Positions 8,467 through 19,115 of a stretch of 64,000 bases of DNA are shown piece after piece. The notes beneath the pieces are model-generated. The model ran no database searches. It saw only the letters and a list, made by a program, of their open reading frames with translations, and had not been told where the DNA came from. Every line of letters begins with the position of its first letter. The first letter of the stretch is position 1. Both the position numbers and the translations under genes were made by a program. This DNA comes from Paenibacillus antri (GTDB lineage Bacteria; Bacillota; Bacilli; Paenibacillales; YIM-B00363): contig NZ_VCIW01000004.1 in assembly GCF_005765165.1 (NCBI RefSeq), positions 212,542 to 276,541 on the forward strand, in the 5' to 3' direction.

Positions 8467-11034
8467 ATGGGATTTCGCGGGAAAGCAAGCACGGGGCTGC
8501 CGGGCTTCGATCAGGTGATCGACATGCTTCGCTTGGGCGACAACGTGGTGTGGCAAGTCGATTCGACCGAAGACTACCAACGGCTGGTCGCTCCTTACAT
8601 CGAGCAGTCGCTCAGAGACGAGCGCCGGCTCGTCTACGTTCGCTTCGGCAAGCATGAACCGGTTATCGGGGAGCATCCGGAAGTAGAGACGTATGAGATC
8701 GATCCGACGCGGGGCTTCGAACGATTCACGGCCGAAGTGTACGCGTTGATCGAACGCCGGGGGAAACAAGCCTTCTACGTATTCGACAGCTTAACCGAGC
8801 TGTTGGAACAGTGGAAATCGGACTTGATGATCGGCAACTTCTTCAAGATTGTATGTCCCTACCTGTACGAGCTCGATACGATCGCCTACTTCGCGCTGAT
8901 TCGCAGCGCGCACACGTACAGCACGATCGCGGGCATTCGCGAGACGACGCAGCTGCTGTTGGATGTGTACCGCGTCAACGGAAATGTGTATATTCATCCG
9001 CTAAAGGTGTGGAACCGCTATTCGCCGACGATGTTTTTCCCGCACCTGATCCGCGGAGACGAAGCGGTGTCCATCACCGCGAGCACCGAGACGGCGGAGC
9101 TGTTCTCGGCCATTCGGCGGGGAGCGGAGCGGTTGGATTACTGGGACGTCCTCCTTCAACAAGCGCAGGACGCGCTGCAATCGGATGCGGTGCGGCAGGA
9201 GCAGGTCAAGCGAACCTTGATCGCGATGATGCTCGGCGGCGACGCCGGCCGGATGACCGAGCTGTGCGAGCGGTACTTCACGCTGTCGGATTTGCTCCTC
9301 GTCGCCTCGCGCGAGATCGGCACAGGCTTCATCGGAGGGAAGAGCGTCGGCATGCTGCTGGCGCGCAAGATCCTCGATTGCGAAGGAAGGCAAAGGTTCG
9401 CCGACTGCATAGAGCCGCACGACTCGTACTACATCGGCTCGGATGTGTATTACACTTATATCGTACAGAACGGGTGGTGGGGACTGCGGGCGAAGCAGCG
9501 AACGGAAGAAGGGTATTTCGAGTACGGCAAAGAGCTGAAGACGAAGCTGCTGCAAGGGAAATTCCCGCCGAATATCCGCGAACGCCTGATGCAGATGCTG
9601 GAATATTTCGGCCAGTCGCCGATCATCGTCCGTTCGAGCTCCTTGCTCGAGGATAATTTCGGCAACGCGTTCGCCGGCAAATACGAGAGCGTCTTCTGCG
9701 CGAATCAGGGGACGCCCGAGGAACGATACGAAGCGCTCGAGCAAGCGATCCGCGTCGTCTATGCCAGCTCGATGGACGAAGATGCGCTGCAGTATCGGTT
9801 GAACCGCGGCTTGTTCGACCGCGACGAACAGATGGCCATTCTCGTTCAACGCGTCTCGGGCGATCATTACCGGGATCACTTCTTTCCGCACGTGGCCGGC
9901 GTCGGGTTTTCCATGAACCTCTATGTATGGGAGCAAGGCATCGATATGAACGCGGGGATGCTGCGTCTCGTCTTCGGACTCGGCACGCGCGCGGTAGATC
10001 GGACGGAAGGGGACTACACCCGTCTGGTCGCGCTGGACGATCCGTCGCGGCTGCCGCCGATGTATGCGGAGGACGAGCGAAAGTATTCGCAGCACGACGT
10101 CGACGTGCTGTCGCTCGGCGAGAACAGGCTGACGACCCGGAAGGCCGACGAGGTGCTGCAGCTCGACTTGAAGACCGACCGCGGCTGGTTCGCGACGCCG
10201 GATTACGAGACGGAGCGCCGAATGCGAGAATTGGGCATGCATTCGTCGCCGACCCCGCAGCTGCTTCACTTCCGCAGGCTCCTGCGGGAGAGCGAGTTCC
10301 CCGCAACGATGAGGGACATGTTAGCGCAACTCGAGAGGGTGTACGATTATCCGGTCGATCTGGAATTTACGGCGAACTTCGGCGCAGACGGACGGTTCAA
10401 GATCAACGTGCTGCAATGCCGTCCGATGCAAACCCGAGGACTCGGCGGTCAGGGCGCCGTGAAGCTGCCCGAGCTCGGTCCGGACGCGGCGGAACGACTC
10501 TTCTTCGCCGGGCGGGGGAACTTCATGGGCGGAAACGCGCGATTGCCGGTCGAACGCGTCGTCTATGTTCGACCCGAGGCGTATGCGCAGCTTACCGACC
10601 GAGAGAAATATTCGATCGCCCGTACGATCGGGAAGTTGAATGCGCAGTTCAAGGGGAAGCATGCGCTATTGATCGGTCCAGGGCGCTGGGGCACGACGAT
10701 CCCGTCGCTCGGCGTGCCGCTGCGATTCTCGGAGCTGTGCCACATGACCGCCTTATTCGAGGTCGCCGTACCGAGCGAGGGCTTCATGCCGGAGCTCAGT
10801 TATGGAAGTCACTTTTTTCAGGACCTTGTGGAAAGCGACATTTTCTATGGGGCGCTCTTCGTCGGCCGGGAGGACGTCGCCTTCCGTCCGGACGTCGTTC
10901 TCCGCAGGCCCAATCGCCTGGAGGAATGGCTGCCGGAGCACGCCGGTTTCGCGCACGCGATTCATGCGGCGGAGACGCCGGGGATGACGTTGTACGCGGA
11001 CGTCGTGAATCAGAAGATGCTGTGTATGGAATGA
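8467..11034 (+). CDS. PEP/pyruvate-binding (PPDK N-terminal, ATP-grasp) domain protein with an N-terminal P-loop-less RecA/KaiC-like region
   Basis: 855 aa. Residues ~265-720 carry PPDK_N signatures (GGKSVGML..., IIVRSSSLLEDNFGNAFAGKYES, ILVQRVSG, ...INVLQCRP). The first ~260 aa and last ~130 aa match no domain I can name. No phosphohistidine swivel motif is evident. Confidence 0.7.
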   Translation: MGFRGKASTGLPGFDQVIDMLRLGDNVVWQVDSTEDYQRLVAPYIEQSLRDERRLVYVRFGKHEPVIGEHPEVETYEIDPTRGFERFTAEVYALIERRGKQAFYVFDSLTELLEQWKSDLMIGNFFKIVCPYLYELDTIAYFALIRSAHTYSTIAGIRETTQLLLDVYRVNGNVYIHPLKVWNRYSPTMFFPHLIRGDEAVSITASTETAELFSAIRRGAERLDYWDVLLQQAQDALQSDAVRQEQVKRTLIAMMLGGDAGRMTELCERYFTLSDLLLVASREIGTGFIGGKSVGMLLARKILDCEGRQRFADCIEPHDSYYIGSDVYYTYIVQNGWWGLRAKQRTEEGYFEYGKELKTKLLQGKFPPNIRERLMQMLEYFGQSPIIVRSSSLLEDNFGNAFAGKYESVFCANQGTPEERYEALEQAIRVVYASSMDEDALQYRLNRGLFDRDEQMAILVQRVSGDHYRDHFFPHVAGVGFSMNLYVWEQGIDMNAGMLRLVFGLGTRAVDRTEGDYTRLVALDDPSRLPPMYAEDERKYSQHDVDVLSLGENRLTTRKADEVLQLDLKTDRGWFATPDYETERRMRELGMHSSPTPQLLHFRRLLRESEFPATMRDMLAQLERVYDYPVDLEFTANFGADGRFKINVLQCRPMQTRGLGGQGAVKLPELGPDAAERLFFAGRGNFMGGNARLPVERVVYVRPEAYAQLTDREKYSIARTIGKLNAQFKGKHALLIGPGRWGTTIPSLGVPLRFSELCHMTALFEVAVPSEGFMPELSYGSHFFQDLVESDIFYGALFVGREDVAFRPDVVLRRPNRLEEWLPEHAGFAHAIHAAETPGMTLYADVVNQKMLCME

Positions 11035-11127
11035 AAGGCAAAGGGTTACAACGGTCCGGCGATTGTGTTACAGTACAGGGAGACGCCTATGTTTTGAGCG
11101 TATTCGATCAAACGTAAGGAGGTCCCG

Positions 11128-11988
11128 ATGGATCCAAGAAGGAAGCCGAAGCGGAAGCAAGCGCTGGCAGGTTTGACCGCCCTGTTCTTGTTCGCCGCAA
11201 CGCCGTTATCCGCCGCTGCCGATGAGACGATGATCTTAGAGAATGCAAGCGTTACGATCGACGGGAAAGAAGTGCTTCTGGACGACCCGGTTCGGATGAC
11301 GGATGGAAGGTTGTTCTTGCCGGTCACGGCTCTAGCGAGCTTGTTCGGCGCGACGGTGGAGTGGGACGGCGACAACGAAGCCGCGACCATCCATACCTCG
11401 GAGAACGAGAAAATCGTGATGAGGAACGGCGTGCCCGTCGTTCAAGTGAACGAGCGGCGGTACCTTATGGACGTGTCGCCATTCCTGGCGGACGGAAGAA
11501 CGTATCTCCCCTTCCGGTATGCGGCCGAGCTCATGGATGCAAGCGTGGAATGGAACGACACCGAGAAGACGGCCGAGCTAACGTCGACGGCGGAGGAACC
11601 GCCCGCGCTGCAAGCGGCCGACCCGTACGCCGAGGAAGACATGCAGCTGCTCGCGAAGATTGTCCAGGTCGAGGCCGGATCCGAATCGTACGAAGGGCAG
11701 TTAGCCATCGCGAATATTATTTTGAACCGCGTGAAGGATTCGCGATTTCCGAATACGATTCGCGACGTCATTTATTCGGGCCGCCAATTTCCTCCCGCCC
11801 ATAACGGCTTGCTGGATCGGAGCGAGCCGAACGACAGCGTGCTTCGTGCGACGAGGGACGCCTTGGACGGGAAAAACAATATCGAAGACGCGGTGTATTT
11901 TTATAATCCCGACGTAACCGGCGGGGCGTTCTGGGACCGGCTCGAAGTGGTGGCCGAAATCGGGAATCATGCGTACGCCAGACCATGA
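11128..11988 (+). CDS. Cell-wall hydrolase (SleB/CwlJ family) with copper-amine-oxidase-like N-terminal domain
   Basis: Signal peptide. Cu-amine-oxidase N-terminal repeats (GRLFLPVTALASLFGATVEWD, GRTYLPFRYAAELMDASVEWN). C-terminal Hydrolase_2 motifs (LAIANIILNRV..., FYNP). Confidence 0.75.
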   Translation: MDPRRKPKRKQALAGLTALFLFAATPLSAAADETMILENASVTIDGKEVLLDDPVRMTDGRLFLPVTALASLFGATVEWDGDNEAATIHTSENEKIVMRNGVPVVQVNERRYLMDVSPFLADGRTYLPFRYAAELMDASVEWNDTEKTAELTSTAEEPPALQAADPYAEEDMQLLAKIVQVEAGSESYEGQLAIANIILNRVKDSRFPNTIRDVIYSGRQFPPAHNGLLDRSEPNDSVLRATRDALDGKNNIEDAVYFYNPDVTGGAFWDRLEVVAEIGNHAYARP

Positions 11989-12010
11989 CAGGAACATGCG
12001 CAAGAGCAAA

Positions 12011-12040
12011 GGCGGAGCCCTCGGGCTTCGTCTTTTTTGT
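12011..12040 (+). terminator. Rho-independent terminator
   Basis: GGAGCCCTCGGGCTTC hairpin followed by a T-run. Confidence 0.7.
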
Positions 12041-12121
12041 TGCGACCGGGAACCTATTGATGGATGGAAGGACCCGTGATATCGTTGTCCGTAATATCCG
12101 CTGCGGAAAGGAACGAACGCC

Positions 12122-13870
12122 ATGAAGCGACAGCGTCTCTCCACCAGATGGTTGGCTTTCCTTACCTTGAAGCGCCGCATTATCCTCATTTTCATGATCA
12201 CCTTCTTACTCCCGTTCGCGGGAATTACCGCGCTGTCCTATTACACGATCAATTCGATGCTCACCAACAAAATCCACTCGACGATTCGAAACAACATGGG
12301 ACAAGTGCGCTTATCGCTCGAGAACGCGTTCTCCAATATGAACCACGTCTCGCAGCAGCTCGCGTTTCAGGGAAGCGTCGGTCCGAAGCTCGGGCAATTT
12401 CTCGAGGCGACCGAACCGTACCGGCAAGCGGAGCTGATCGACGAAATTAACGCCGACCTCGATACGATCACTTATACGAACCCGAACATCGGCTTGACGT
12501 TGTATTATTTCGCGAACGACGGCACTTATAAATTCGAAAATCTGAACGCCGCGAGAAACTTCGATCCGTTGCGGCTGCCGACGCTGGCCGAGCAATACCG
12601 CGTGACGTATAAGGGACCGCACCTGAGTCAAGACCAGTTCAACAATCAATACGTGCTGTCCGTGCTTCGGAAGGTGGACTTGCCGGAGCGGGACGACGTG
12701 TACGTGTATATCGAGTCCGGCTTCAAGCTGACGCAGAACATTCTGGAAAATAATCGGTTCAGTCCGAACACCAGGCACCTCATTCTCGACGTCGACGGGG
12801 ACGTCGTCTATTCGGAGCTGCCCGGCGCATTCCCGCAGGGCACCGCCTTCGCCGACGGCGACGCCGCCGCGGAATCGGGTTTCCATAGCGGGTACTATTG
12901 GTTCCGGGGGACAAGCAATCAGGGATGGAGCATCGTGTCCGCGATCCCGAAGGCGGAATATATGCAAGAGCGCGATTTGTGGCTCGTGCAAATCGCCGTC
13001 TTCTGCCTGCTGTTCCTCGCGGTGACGTTAGGGCTGGCCTGGCTGCTCTGGAAGATGGTGTATCGCCCGCTGAACGACTTCAACCGCGAAATTCGGCGAA
13101 TGTCCAAGAGCAATCTGGAGCCGATCACGACGGCGTCCAATATCCCGGAGTTCAGCTACTTGTTAAAGCAGATGAACGGCATGAAAGGAGAAATTCGCCG
13201 GCTGTTCCGGGAGGTCGAGGCTTCGGCGCAGCGGCGGGCGGATTTGGAAATCGAGAAGCTGCGGTACCAGATCAATCCTCATTTCCTGATGAATACGCTG
13301 GACACGGCGCATTGGCTCGCGGTGATGAAAGGTCAAGGCGAGATCGACAAGCTGATCGTGTCGTTGAATAAACTTCTGTACTACAACTTAGGGAAGACCG
13401 GCGAACGGACGACGGTCCGGGAAGAGCTCGATGCGTTGGAGCAATACTTGACGCTGCAGAAAATTCGGTACGACTTCGACTTCAACGTCGAAGTGGAGAC
13501 GGACGAGCGGGTGCTCAACCTCGAGATTCCGCGATTCATCCTGCAGCCGCTCGTCGAGAACGCGCTGTATCATGGACTGCAGGACGACGGCCGCATCCTC
13601 GTGCGCGTATGGTTCGACGACGCGCTCCGGATTGCAGTGTCGGACAACGGCGCGGGCATGAGCGAAGAGACGCTGATGCAGGTGCTGCATCGCGAGAGCC
13701 AAGGCAAGGAGAAGGTGGGCATGGGCATCGGCATGAATTATGTGAAGCGGACGATCGAATCGTTCTATGAAGGACGAGCCGTTATGGACATCCGAAGCGA
13801 GGTCGGCCATGGAACGACCGTTACGCTGACGCTACCTGCGGGAACGAACGGAGAGGAGCGGGTCTCATGA
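12122..13870 (+). CDS. Sensor histidine kinase (YesM-like; 2 TM + HAMP + His_kinase + HATPase)
   Basis: N-terminal TM segment. His-kinase box INPHFLMNTLD. HATPase_c G-box (GMGIGMNYV). Confidence 0.85.
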   Translation: MKRQRLSTRWLAFLTLKRRIILIFMITFLLPFAGITALSYYTINSMLTNKIHSTIRNNMGQVRLSLENAFSNMNHVSQQLAFQGSVGPKLGQFLEATEPYRQAELIDEINADLDTITYTNPNIGLTLYYFANDGTYKFENLNAARNFDPLRLPTLAEQYRVTYKGPHLSQDQFNNQYVLSVLRKVDLPERDDVYVYIESGFKLTQNILENNRFSPNTRHLILDVDGDVVYSELPGAFPQGTAFADGDAAAESGFHSGYYWFRGTSNQGWSIVSAIPKAEYMQERDLWLVQIAVFCLLFLAVTLGLAWLLWKMVYRPLNDFNREIRRMSKSNLEPITTASNIPEFSYLLKQMNGMKGEIRRLFREVEASAQRRADLEIEKLRYQINPHFLMNTLDTAHWLAVMKGQGEIDKLIVSLNKLLYYNLGKTGERTTVREELDALEQYLTLQKIRYDFDFNVEVETDERVLNLEIPRFILQPLVENALYHGLQDDGRILVRVWFDDALRIAVSDNGAGMSEETLMQVLHRESQGKEKVGMGIGMNYVKRTIESFYEGRAVMDIRSEVGHGTTVTLTLPAGTNGEERVS

Positions 13871-15273
13871 TCAAAGTGCTGGTCGTCGACGATGATAAGC
13901 TGGTTCGGCAAGGATTAATTTCCGCCATGCCGTGGGCGGACTTCGAGATGGAGGTCGTCGGCGAGGCGAACAACGGGGAGAAGGCGTTAGAGTTTCTGGA
14001 TCGGCACGAGGTCGATCTCCTGCTTACCGACTTGGCGATGCCGGTCATGTCGGGCATCGAGCTGATGCGCGCCGCGCGGGCGAGATTTCCTTCGCTGTAT
14101 ATCGTCGTATTGACGCTGCATCAGGATTTCGATTACATCCAAGAGGCGCTGCGGCTCGGGGCGATCGATTATATCGCGAAGGTGCAGCTCGAACGGGAAC
14201 GGTTCGACGAAGTGCTCGGCCGCGTCTACCAGCGGATGCAAGAAGAGCGTCGCGTCCGTTCCGCCGCCATGCCGGACGTCTATGCCGTCGGGCTCGGCTA
14301 CGCGTTGTTCGCGGGAGAGGGAGAAGCCGTCTACGCGTCGGACCCGCTTCTCCGCGAGACGCCGTTCGCGGACGCGGACGTCGAGGAGGTCGAGGACGGC
14401 CTCTGGTTGTGGACGTGCGCGGAACAAGCCGCTCCGGACGACGCGGCGCTCGACGCGTGGCTGCGGCGGCTTGGCGAGCGGGAAGGCTGGCTGCTCCTGC
14501 GCGTCGCGTCGCTGACGGGCAAGCGGCGCGGGACGGTCCACCGCGGGCTGCGCGCGTATCGTTCGCGCGAGTATTTCTATGCGTACGAGCCCGACCATCG
14601 CTTCGTCGATACGACGGCGGATCGGTTGGTGTCCCCTCCGGCGGAGGCGGCCGAAGCGGTCGCTCTGCAGCTGCGGGACGAATGGTTGTCGCTCGAGTGG
14701 CTGCGGGAAGAAGAAGCCGCCTTCGCCGACCGATTGCGGCGGCTGCGCGAGGCGCGGCTGCCCGCGGCGAGACTCGAGACGATTCTGTTCGTCGTCGAGA
14801 GCGAATGGAGCCGCGTGTTCTCGGCGGTTGCGGGGGAACGGCCGCCGCTGCCGGAACGGCTTGAGCATTGGAACGTCGCGGAAGAGTGGTTCCGGGACGT
14901 CCGGCGATGGACGGCGGAGGCGACGGGCGCTTCGCTGTATTCGGCCGACGTCGCCGCCGCGGTCATGAAGGCGATCGCGATCGTGAAGGACGAGTGGAAC
15001 GGACCGCTGCTCGCCGCCGACGTCGCAAAGCGCGTCAATATGAGCCGGAGCTACTTCAGCCAATGCTTCCGCGACATCGGCGGCAAACCGTTCAACGAAT
15101 ACGTCCGGACGCTCCGCATGGAGAAAGCGAAGGAATATTTGCTCCATACCGCGAAGCCGATCCAGTGGATCGCCGAACAGACCGGGTACCAGGACGAGAA
15201 ATATTTCAGTCGGCTGTTCCGCGAATACGCGGGGTACTTGCCCAGCGAGTTCCGATCGAGGTCGTCAAGGTAG
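13867..15273 (+). CDS. Response regulator, AraC-family (YesN-like)
   Basis: Receiver domain (MIKVLVVDDDKLVRQG...). C-terminal AraC HTH (...SRLFREYAGYLPSEFR). The ATGA overlap with the kinase stop indicates translational coupling. Confidence 0.85.
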   Translation: MIKVLVVDDDKLVRQGLISAMPWADFEMEVVGEANNGEKALEFLDRHEVDLLLTDLAMPVMSGIELMRAARARFPSLYIVVLTLHQDFDYIQEALRLGAIDYIAKVQLERERFDEVLGRVYQRMQEERRVRSAAMPDVYAVGLGYALFAGEGEAVYASDPLLRETPFADADVEEVEDGLWLWTCAEQAAPDDAALDAWLRRLGEREGWLLLRVASLTGKRRGTVHRGLRAYRSREYFYAYEPDHRFVDTTADRLVSPPAEAAEAVALQLRDEWLSLEWLREEEAAFADRLRRLREARLPAARLETILFVVESEWSRVFSAVAGERPPLPERLEHWNVAEEWFRDVRRWTAEATGASLYSADVAAAVMKAIAIVKDEWNGPLLAADVAKRVNMSRSYFSQCFRDIGGKPFNEYVRTLRMEKAKEYLLHTAKPIQWIAEQTGYQDEKYFSRLFREYAGYLPSEFRSRSSR

Positions 15274-15426
15274 AGAAATGTCCGGCGAATGGGGGAGATT
15301 TGTTTCGGCGGCGCAGCATCCCGAGTCATTCCTCGACCGAACGTCGAACGACCGTCTAACCGTGAAGCGCTTACATCCATGCTATCCTTAGCATGTAAGG
15401 AAAACCGATCGAAAGAAGGGGAAATC

Positions 15427-17145
15427 ATGATAGCTTCAAGCAAAGGACTGTCCATCTTATTGGCGGCGGTATTGCTGACGTTGACGGCGTGCGGCACGGG
15501 GGAGCCGACTTCGAATTCGAGCGGGAATGCAAACGAGAAGACGAGCGAGACCGCGGCGAACGCAGACGCTCCCGCGGCGCCGGCCGACCCGTTCGGCAAA
15601 TACGAAAGCCCGGTCACGATCAACGTCGGGCAAGCGATCGATCCGACCGACACGAGCTTGCCGGCCGGCGATACGCCGGAGAATAACCAATATACGAGAC
15701 ATATTAAGGAGCAGCTGAACGTCGAGACGAAGATTATCTGGCAAACCGCGACGGGCAAAGATTACGACCAGAAGGTCAACCTTGCGATCGCGAGCAACGA
15801 CCTGCCGGATCTCGTCGTCGTGAACGACGCGCAGCTGCGCCAGATGGTCAAGGCGAATCAGATCGCGGACCTGACGGAAGTGTTCGAGCAATATGCGTCT
15901 CCGGCCATTAAGGGCATTATCGAGAAGACGGAAGGCCGCGCGATGAAAGCCGTCACGTTCGACGGGAAGATGATGGCGCTGCCGAACGTCACCGCCCGCG
16001 GCGACGCGGTACACACGATGTGGATTCGCAAAGACTGGCTCGACAAGCTCGGTCTCGAGGTGCCGAAGACGGTCGAGGACCTTCGCGCGGTCGCGAAGGC
16101 GTTCGTCGAGAACGATCCGGACGGCAACGGTCAGAAGGACACGATCGGCATCTCCGGTCCGCAGGCGGGAGGCAAGCTGCACGCGAACTTCATCGCCTCG
16201 AGCAACAATACGTTCGGCCTCGACCCGATCTTCTCCGCGTTCCTGGCGTACCCTGGATTCTGGCTCGAAGGCGACGACGGGAAGCCGCAGTACGGCTCCA
16301 TCCAGCCGCAGGTGAAGGATGCGCTCGCGACGCTGCGCGACATGTACGCGGAGGGGCTCATCGACCAAGAGATGAGCATTCGCAAGGACGCGGCGGAGCC
16401 GGTCGTCGGCGGCAAGTCCGGCATCTTCTTCGGCCCGTTCTGGATGGGCTACTGGCCGCTGCCGGACGCGATCAAGAACGATCCGACGGCGAACTGGCAG
16501 GCGTACGCGCTGCCGCTGGACGTCAACGGCGAATACAGCCCGCATATGGCGACGCCGTCCAATACGTTCCTCGCCGTGCGCAAAGATTACGAGCACCCCG
16601 AAGTGGCGCTCAAGCTGATGAACTTGCTCGTCCGCGACGAAGCGACGTTCGACGTCAGCGTCAGCCTGAACCATTATCCGGTACGGATCGTCTATGCGCC
16701 GGTCGACGAGATCGAGTTCTCCGTAGAGATGCTGAAGGAAGTGCTCGCCGGCACGAAGACGCCGGAAGAGCTCGACATTCCGGGCTACAAGCTGCTCGCA
16801 AGCGATGCCATGAATGTCAAGAAGGCGAAGCTGGAGCCTTACGACAAGTACGACATTCAGTATTGGAGCACGGAAGACATGGGCATCTGGAGTCGGCAGT
16901 ATTCGATGTTTGTCGGCGGGGCGCCGCTGCTCGAGCCGCGCAACGAAGTATACAGCTTGACCTATTCGCAAACGAAGACGATGGAAAGCCGCTGGGCGAA
17001 CCTCGAGAAGCTCGAGAACGAGACGTTCCTCAAGATCATCATGGGCGCGGCTCCGATCGACACGTTCGACTCGTTCGTCGAAGAGTGGAAGAAGCTGGGC
17101 GGAGACAAAATTACCGAAGAAGTCGCGGAAGCGATTCAAGAATAA
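15427..17145 (+). CDS. Extracellular solute-binding lipoprotein (LplA-type)
   Basis: RBS GAAGGGG lies upstream of the ATG at 15427. Lipobox LTLTAC. 572 aa. Paralogous to the SBP at 245. Confidence 0.85.
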   Translation: MIASSKGLSILLAAVLLTLTACGTGEPTSNSSGNANEKTSETAANADAPAAPADPFGKYESPVTINVGQAIDPTDTSLPAGDTPENNQYTRHIKEQLNVETKIIWQTATGKDYDQKVNLAIASNDLPDLVVVNDAQLRQMVKANQIADLTEVFEQYASPAIKGIIEKTEGRAMKAVTFDGKMMALPNVTARGDAVHTMWIRKDWLDKLGLEVPKTVEDLRAVAKAFVENDPDGNGQKDTIGISGPQAGGKLHANFIASSNNTFGLDPIFSAFLAYPGFWLEGDDGKPQYGSIQPQVKDALATLRDMYAEGLIDQEMSIRKDAAEPVVGGKSGIFFGPFWMGYWPLPDAIKNDPTANWQAYALPLDVNGEYSPHMATPSNTFLAVRKDYEHPEVALKLMNLLVRDEATFDVSVSLNHYPVRIVYAPVDEIEFSVEMLKEVLAGTKTPEELDIPGYKLLASDAMNVKKAKLEPYDKYDIQYWSTEDMGIWSRQYSMFVGGAPLLEPRNEVYSLTYSQTKTMESRWANLEKLENETFLKIIMGAAPIDTFDSFVEEWKKLGGDKITEEVAEAIQE

Positions 17146-17214
17146 CAGGCTCGGCGGACGGGCGCCGGATTCCAACGTCCGGCGTCTCGCCGTACCGGGA
17201 GACGGGAGTAACGC

Positions 17215-18105
17215 ATGAAGACGAGAGCGTTCGAGAAGCATTATTATCTCATGCTGCTGCCGGGCCTCATCTGGCTCGTTCTGTTCAACATGGTGCCGAT
17301 GGTCGGCATCGTCATGGCGTTCCAAGATTTCAATCCGGGATTGGGCATCTTCGGCTCGGAATGGATCGGTCTCGAAAATTTCGAGTTCATGTTCCTGCTC
17401 GGCGACAGCAAAACCGTCTTGTATAATACCGTATTTATCGCGGTGCTGAAGATCGCGGGGAATTTGCTCGTGCCGCTCGTCTTCGCGCTGATGCTGAACG
17501 AGCTGCGGCTGCAAGTCGTGAAGCGTTGGGTGCAGACGGTCGTGTACTTGCCTCATTTTCTATCTTGGGTCATCTTGTCCGGCATCCTTCTCGACGTGTT
17601 CGCGTTGAAGGGGCCCGTCAATCAGCTGTTATCCGCGTTCGGCGTCGAGCCGATTTTATTTTTCGCGAGGGCGGAGCTGTTCCCATACATTATCGTCGGC
17701 AGCGACGTGTGGAAGGAATTCGGCTTCAATACGATTATTTACTTGGCCGCGCTTACGGCGATCAATCCTTCGCTGTACGAAGCCGCGGCGATGGACGGCG
17801 CTAGGCGGCTGCAACGGCTGTGGCACGTAACGCTGCCCGGCATCTCGACGACGGTCGTCTTGCTCGCGGTGCTCAGCCTCGGCAACGTCCTGAACGCCGG
17901 GTTCGATCAGGTGTTCAACCTGTATAACCCGCTCGTGTATTCGACGGGCGACATTATCGATACGTGGGTGTACCGCGCGGGCCTCGTGAATTTGCAGTTC
18001 AGCCTCGCGACGGCGATGGGGCTGCTGAAGTCCGTCGTCAGCTTCGTCTTGATCGTGATTTCCTACATGTTGGCTTCCAAATTCGCAAATTATCGCATTT
18101 TCTAA
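17215..18105 (+). CDS. Sugar ABC transporter permease (LplB-like)
   Basis: 6-TM permease with EAA-type loop (…AAAMDGARRLQ…). Confidence 0.85.
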   Translation: MKTRAFEKHYYLMLLPGLIWLVLFNMVPMVGIVMAFQDFNPGLGIFGSEWIGLENFEFMFLLGDSKTVLYNTVFIAVLKIAGNLLVPLVFALMLNELRLQVVKRWVQTVVYLPHFLSWVILSGILLDVFALKGPVNQLLSAFGVEPILFFARAELFPYIIVGSDVWKEFGFNTIIYLAALTAINPSLYEAAAMDGARRLQRLWHVTLPGISTTVVLLAVLSLGNVLNAGFDQVFNLYNPLVYSTGDIIDTWVYRAGLVNLQFSLATAMGLLKSVVSFVLIVISYMLASKFANYRIF

Positions 18106-18124
18106 TAGAGGAGCGGACTACGCC

Positions 18125-19009
18125 ATGGTAAGAGAAGGGACGTTCGGCTCCCGCATGTTCGACGTCATTCTGCTCGCGACTCTCATCGGCATCGCGCTCG
18201 TGTGCGTGCTTCCGATCTGGTATACGCTCGCGTTGAGCTTAAGCGACAAGGCGGCGGCCGCGGCGGGCGACGTCAGCTTATGGCCGATCGGGTTCACGAC
18301 GCAGTCGTACGACACGATCATGACGGATGCGCGATTCATCAACTCGTTCGGCATCTCGCTCTTGCGCGTCGCGCTCGGCGCCACGATCAACTTCGTCGTC
18401 ATCGTGCTGATGGCGTACCCGTTGTCGAAGACGACGAAAGACTTCCGGCCCCGTAACGTATTCATGTGGCTGCTCGTCTTCTGCATGCTGTTCAACGGCG
18501 GTTTGATCCCTTGGTATATGACGATCAAGGCGTACGGGTTGATGAACACGATCTGGGCGCTTGTTCTGGCGGGCGGCGTGCAAGTGTTCCACGTCATTCT
18601 CGTCGTCAACTTCTTTCGCAATTTGCCGAAGGAGCTCGAAGAGGCGGCGCTCGTCGACGGGGCGGGCCCATGGTACATGCTGCTCCAAATTTTCGCGCCG
18701 CTCGCGGTGCCGGTGCTGGCGACGATCACGTTGTTCAGCATCGTCTATCATTGGAACGAATTTTTCCACGGATTGGTGCTCATGTCGTCGGCGGAGATGT
18801 ACCCGTTGCAGACGTACATTCAGCAGCTCGTCGTGGTCATCGATACGACCACGATGACCGAAGACGAATACAAGAAATTAAGCGAGTTGTCGAACCAGAC
18901 GTTGAACGCGGCCAAAATTTTCATCGCCATGATTCCTGTACTGGTCATTTATCCGTTTTTGCAGCGTTTCTTCATCCACGGCATCACGCTCGGTTCCGTG
19001 AAGGAGTAG
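18125..19009 (+). CDS. Sugar ABC transporter permease (LplC-like)
   Basis: Permease signature (...EEAALVDGAGPW...). C-terminal tail ...PFLQRFFIHGITLGSVKE resembles the partial ORF at 1-166. Confidence 0.85.
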   Translation: MVREGTFGSRMFDVILLATLIGIALVCVLPIWYTLALSLSDKAAAAAGDVSLWPIGFTTQSYDTIMTDARFINSFGISLLRVALGATINFVVIVLMAYPLSKTTKDFRPRNVFMWLLVFCMLFNGGLIPWYMTIKAYGLMNTIWALVLAGGVQVFHVILVVNFFRNLPKELEEAALVDGAGPWYMLLQIFAPLAVPVLATITLFSIVYHWNEFFHGLVLMSSAEMYPLQTYIQQLVVVIDTTTMTEDEYKKLSELSNQTLNAAKIFIAMIPVLVIYPFLQRFFIHGITLGSVKE

Positions 19010-19115
19010 CCGGACCCGCCCGGCGAGAAGCACTTGATCCGATGAAGATCGAGTGCTTCTATCATTTTCTATGGTAAACTAGGAAAATATCTACTTCGTA
19101 GGAGCGGATTCGCAA

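Noticed and set aside
15457-17556. 699-aa minus-strand ORF
   Set aside because: Lies antisense across the SBP (15427-17145) and permease genes. Its composition is dominated by R/A/D/E/H/L/V. The + strand genes are unambiguous.
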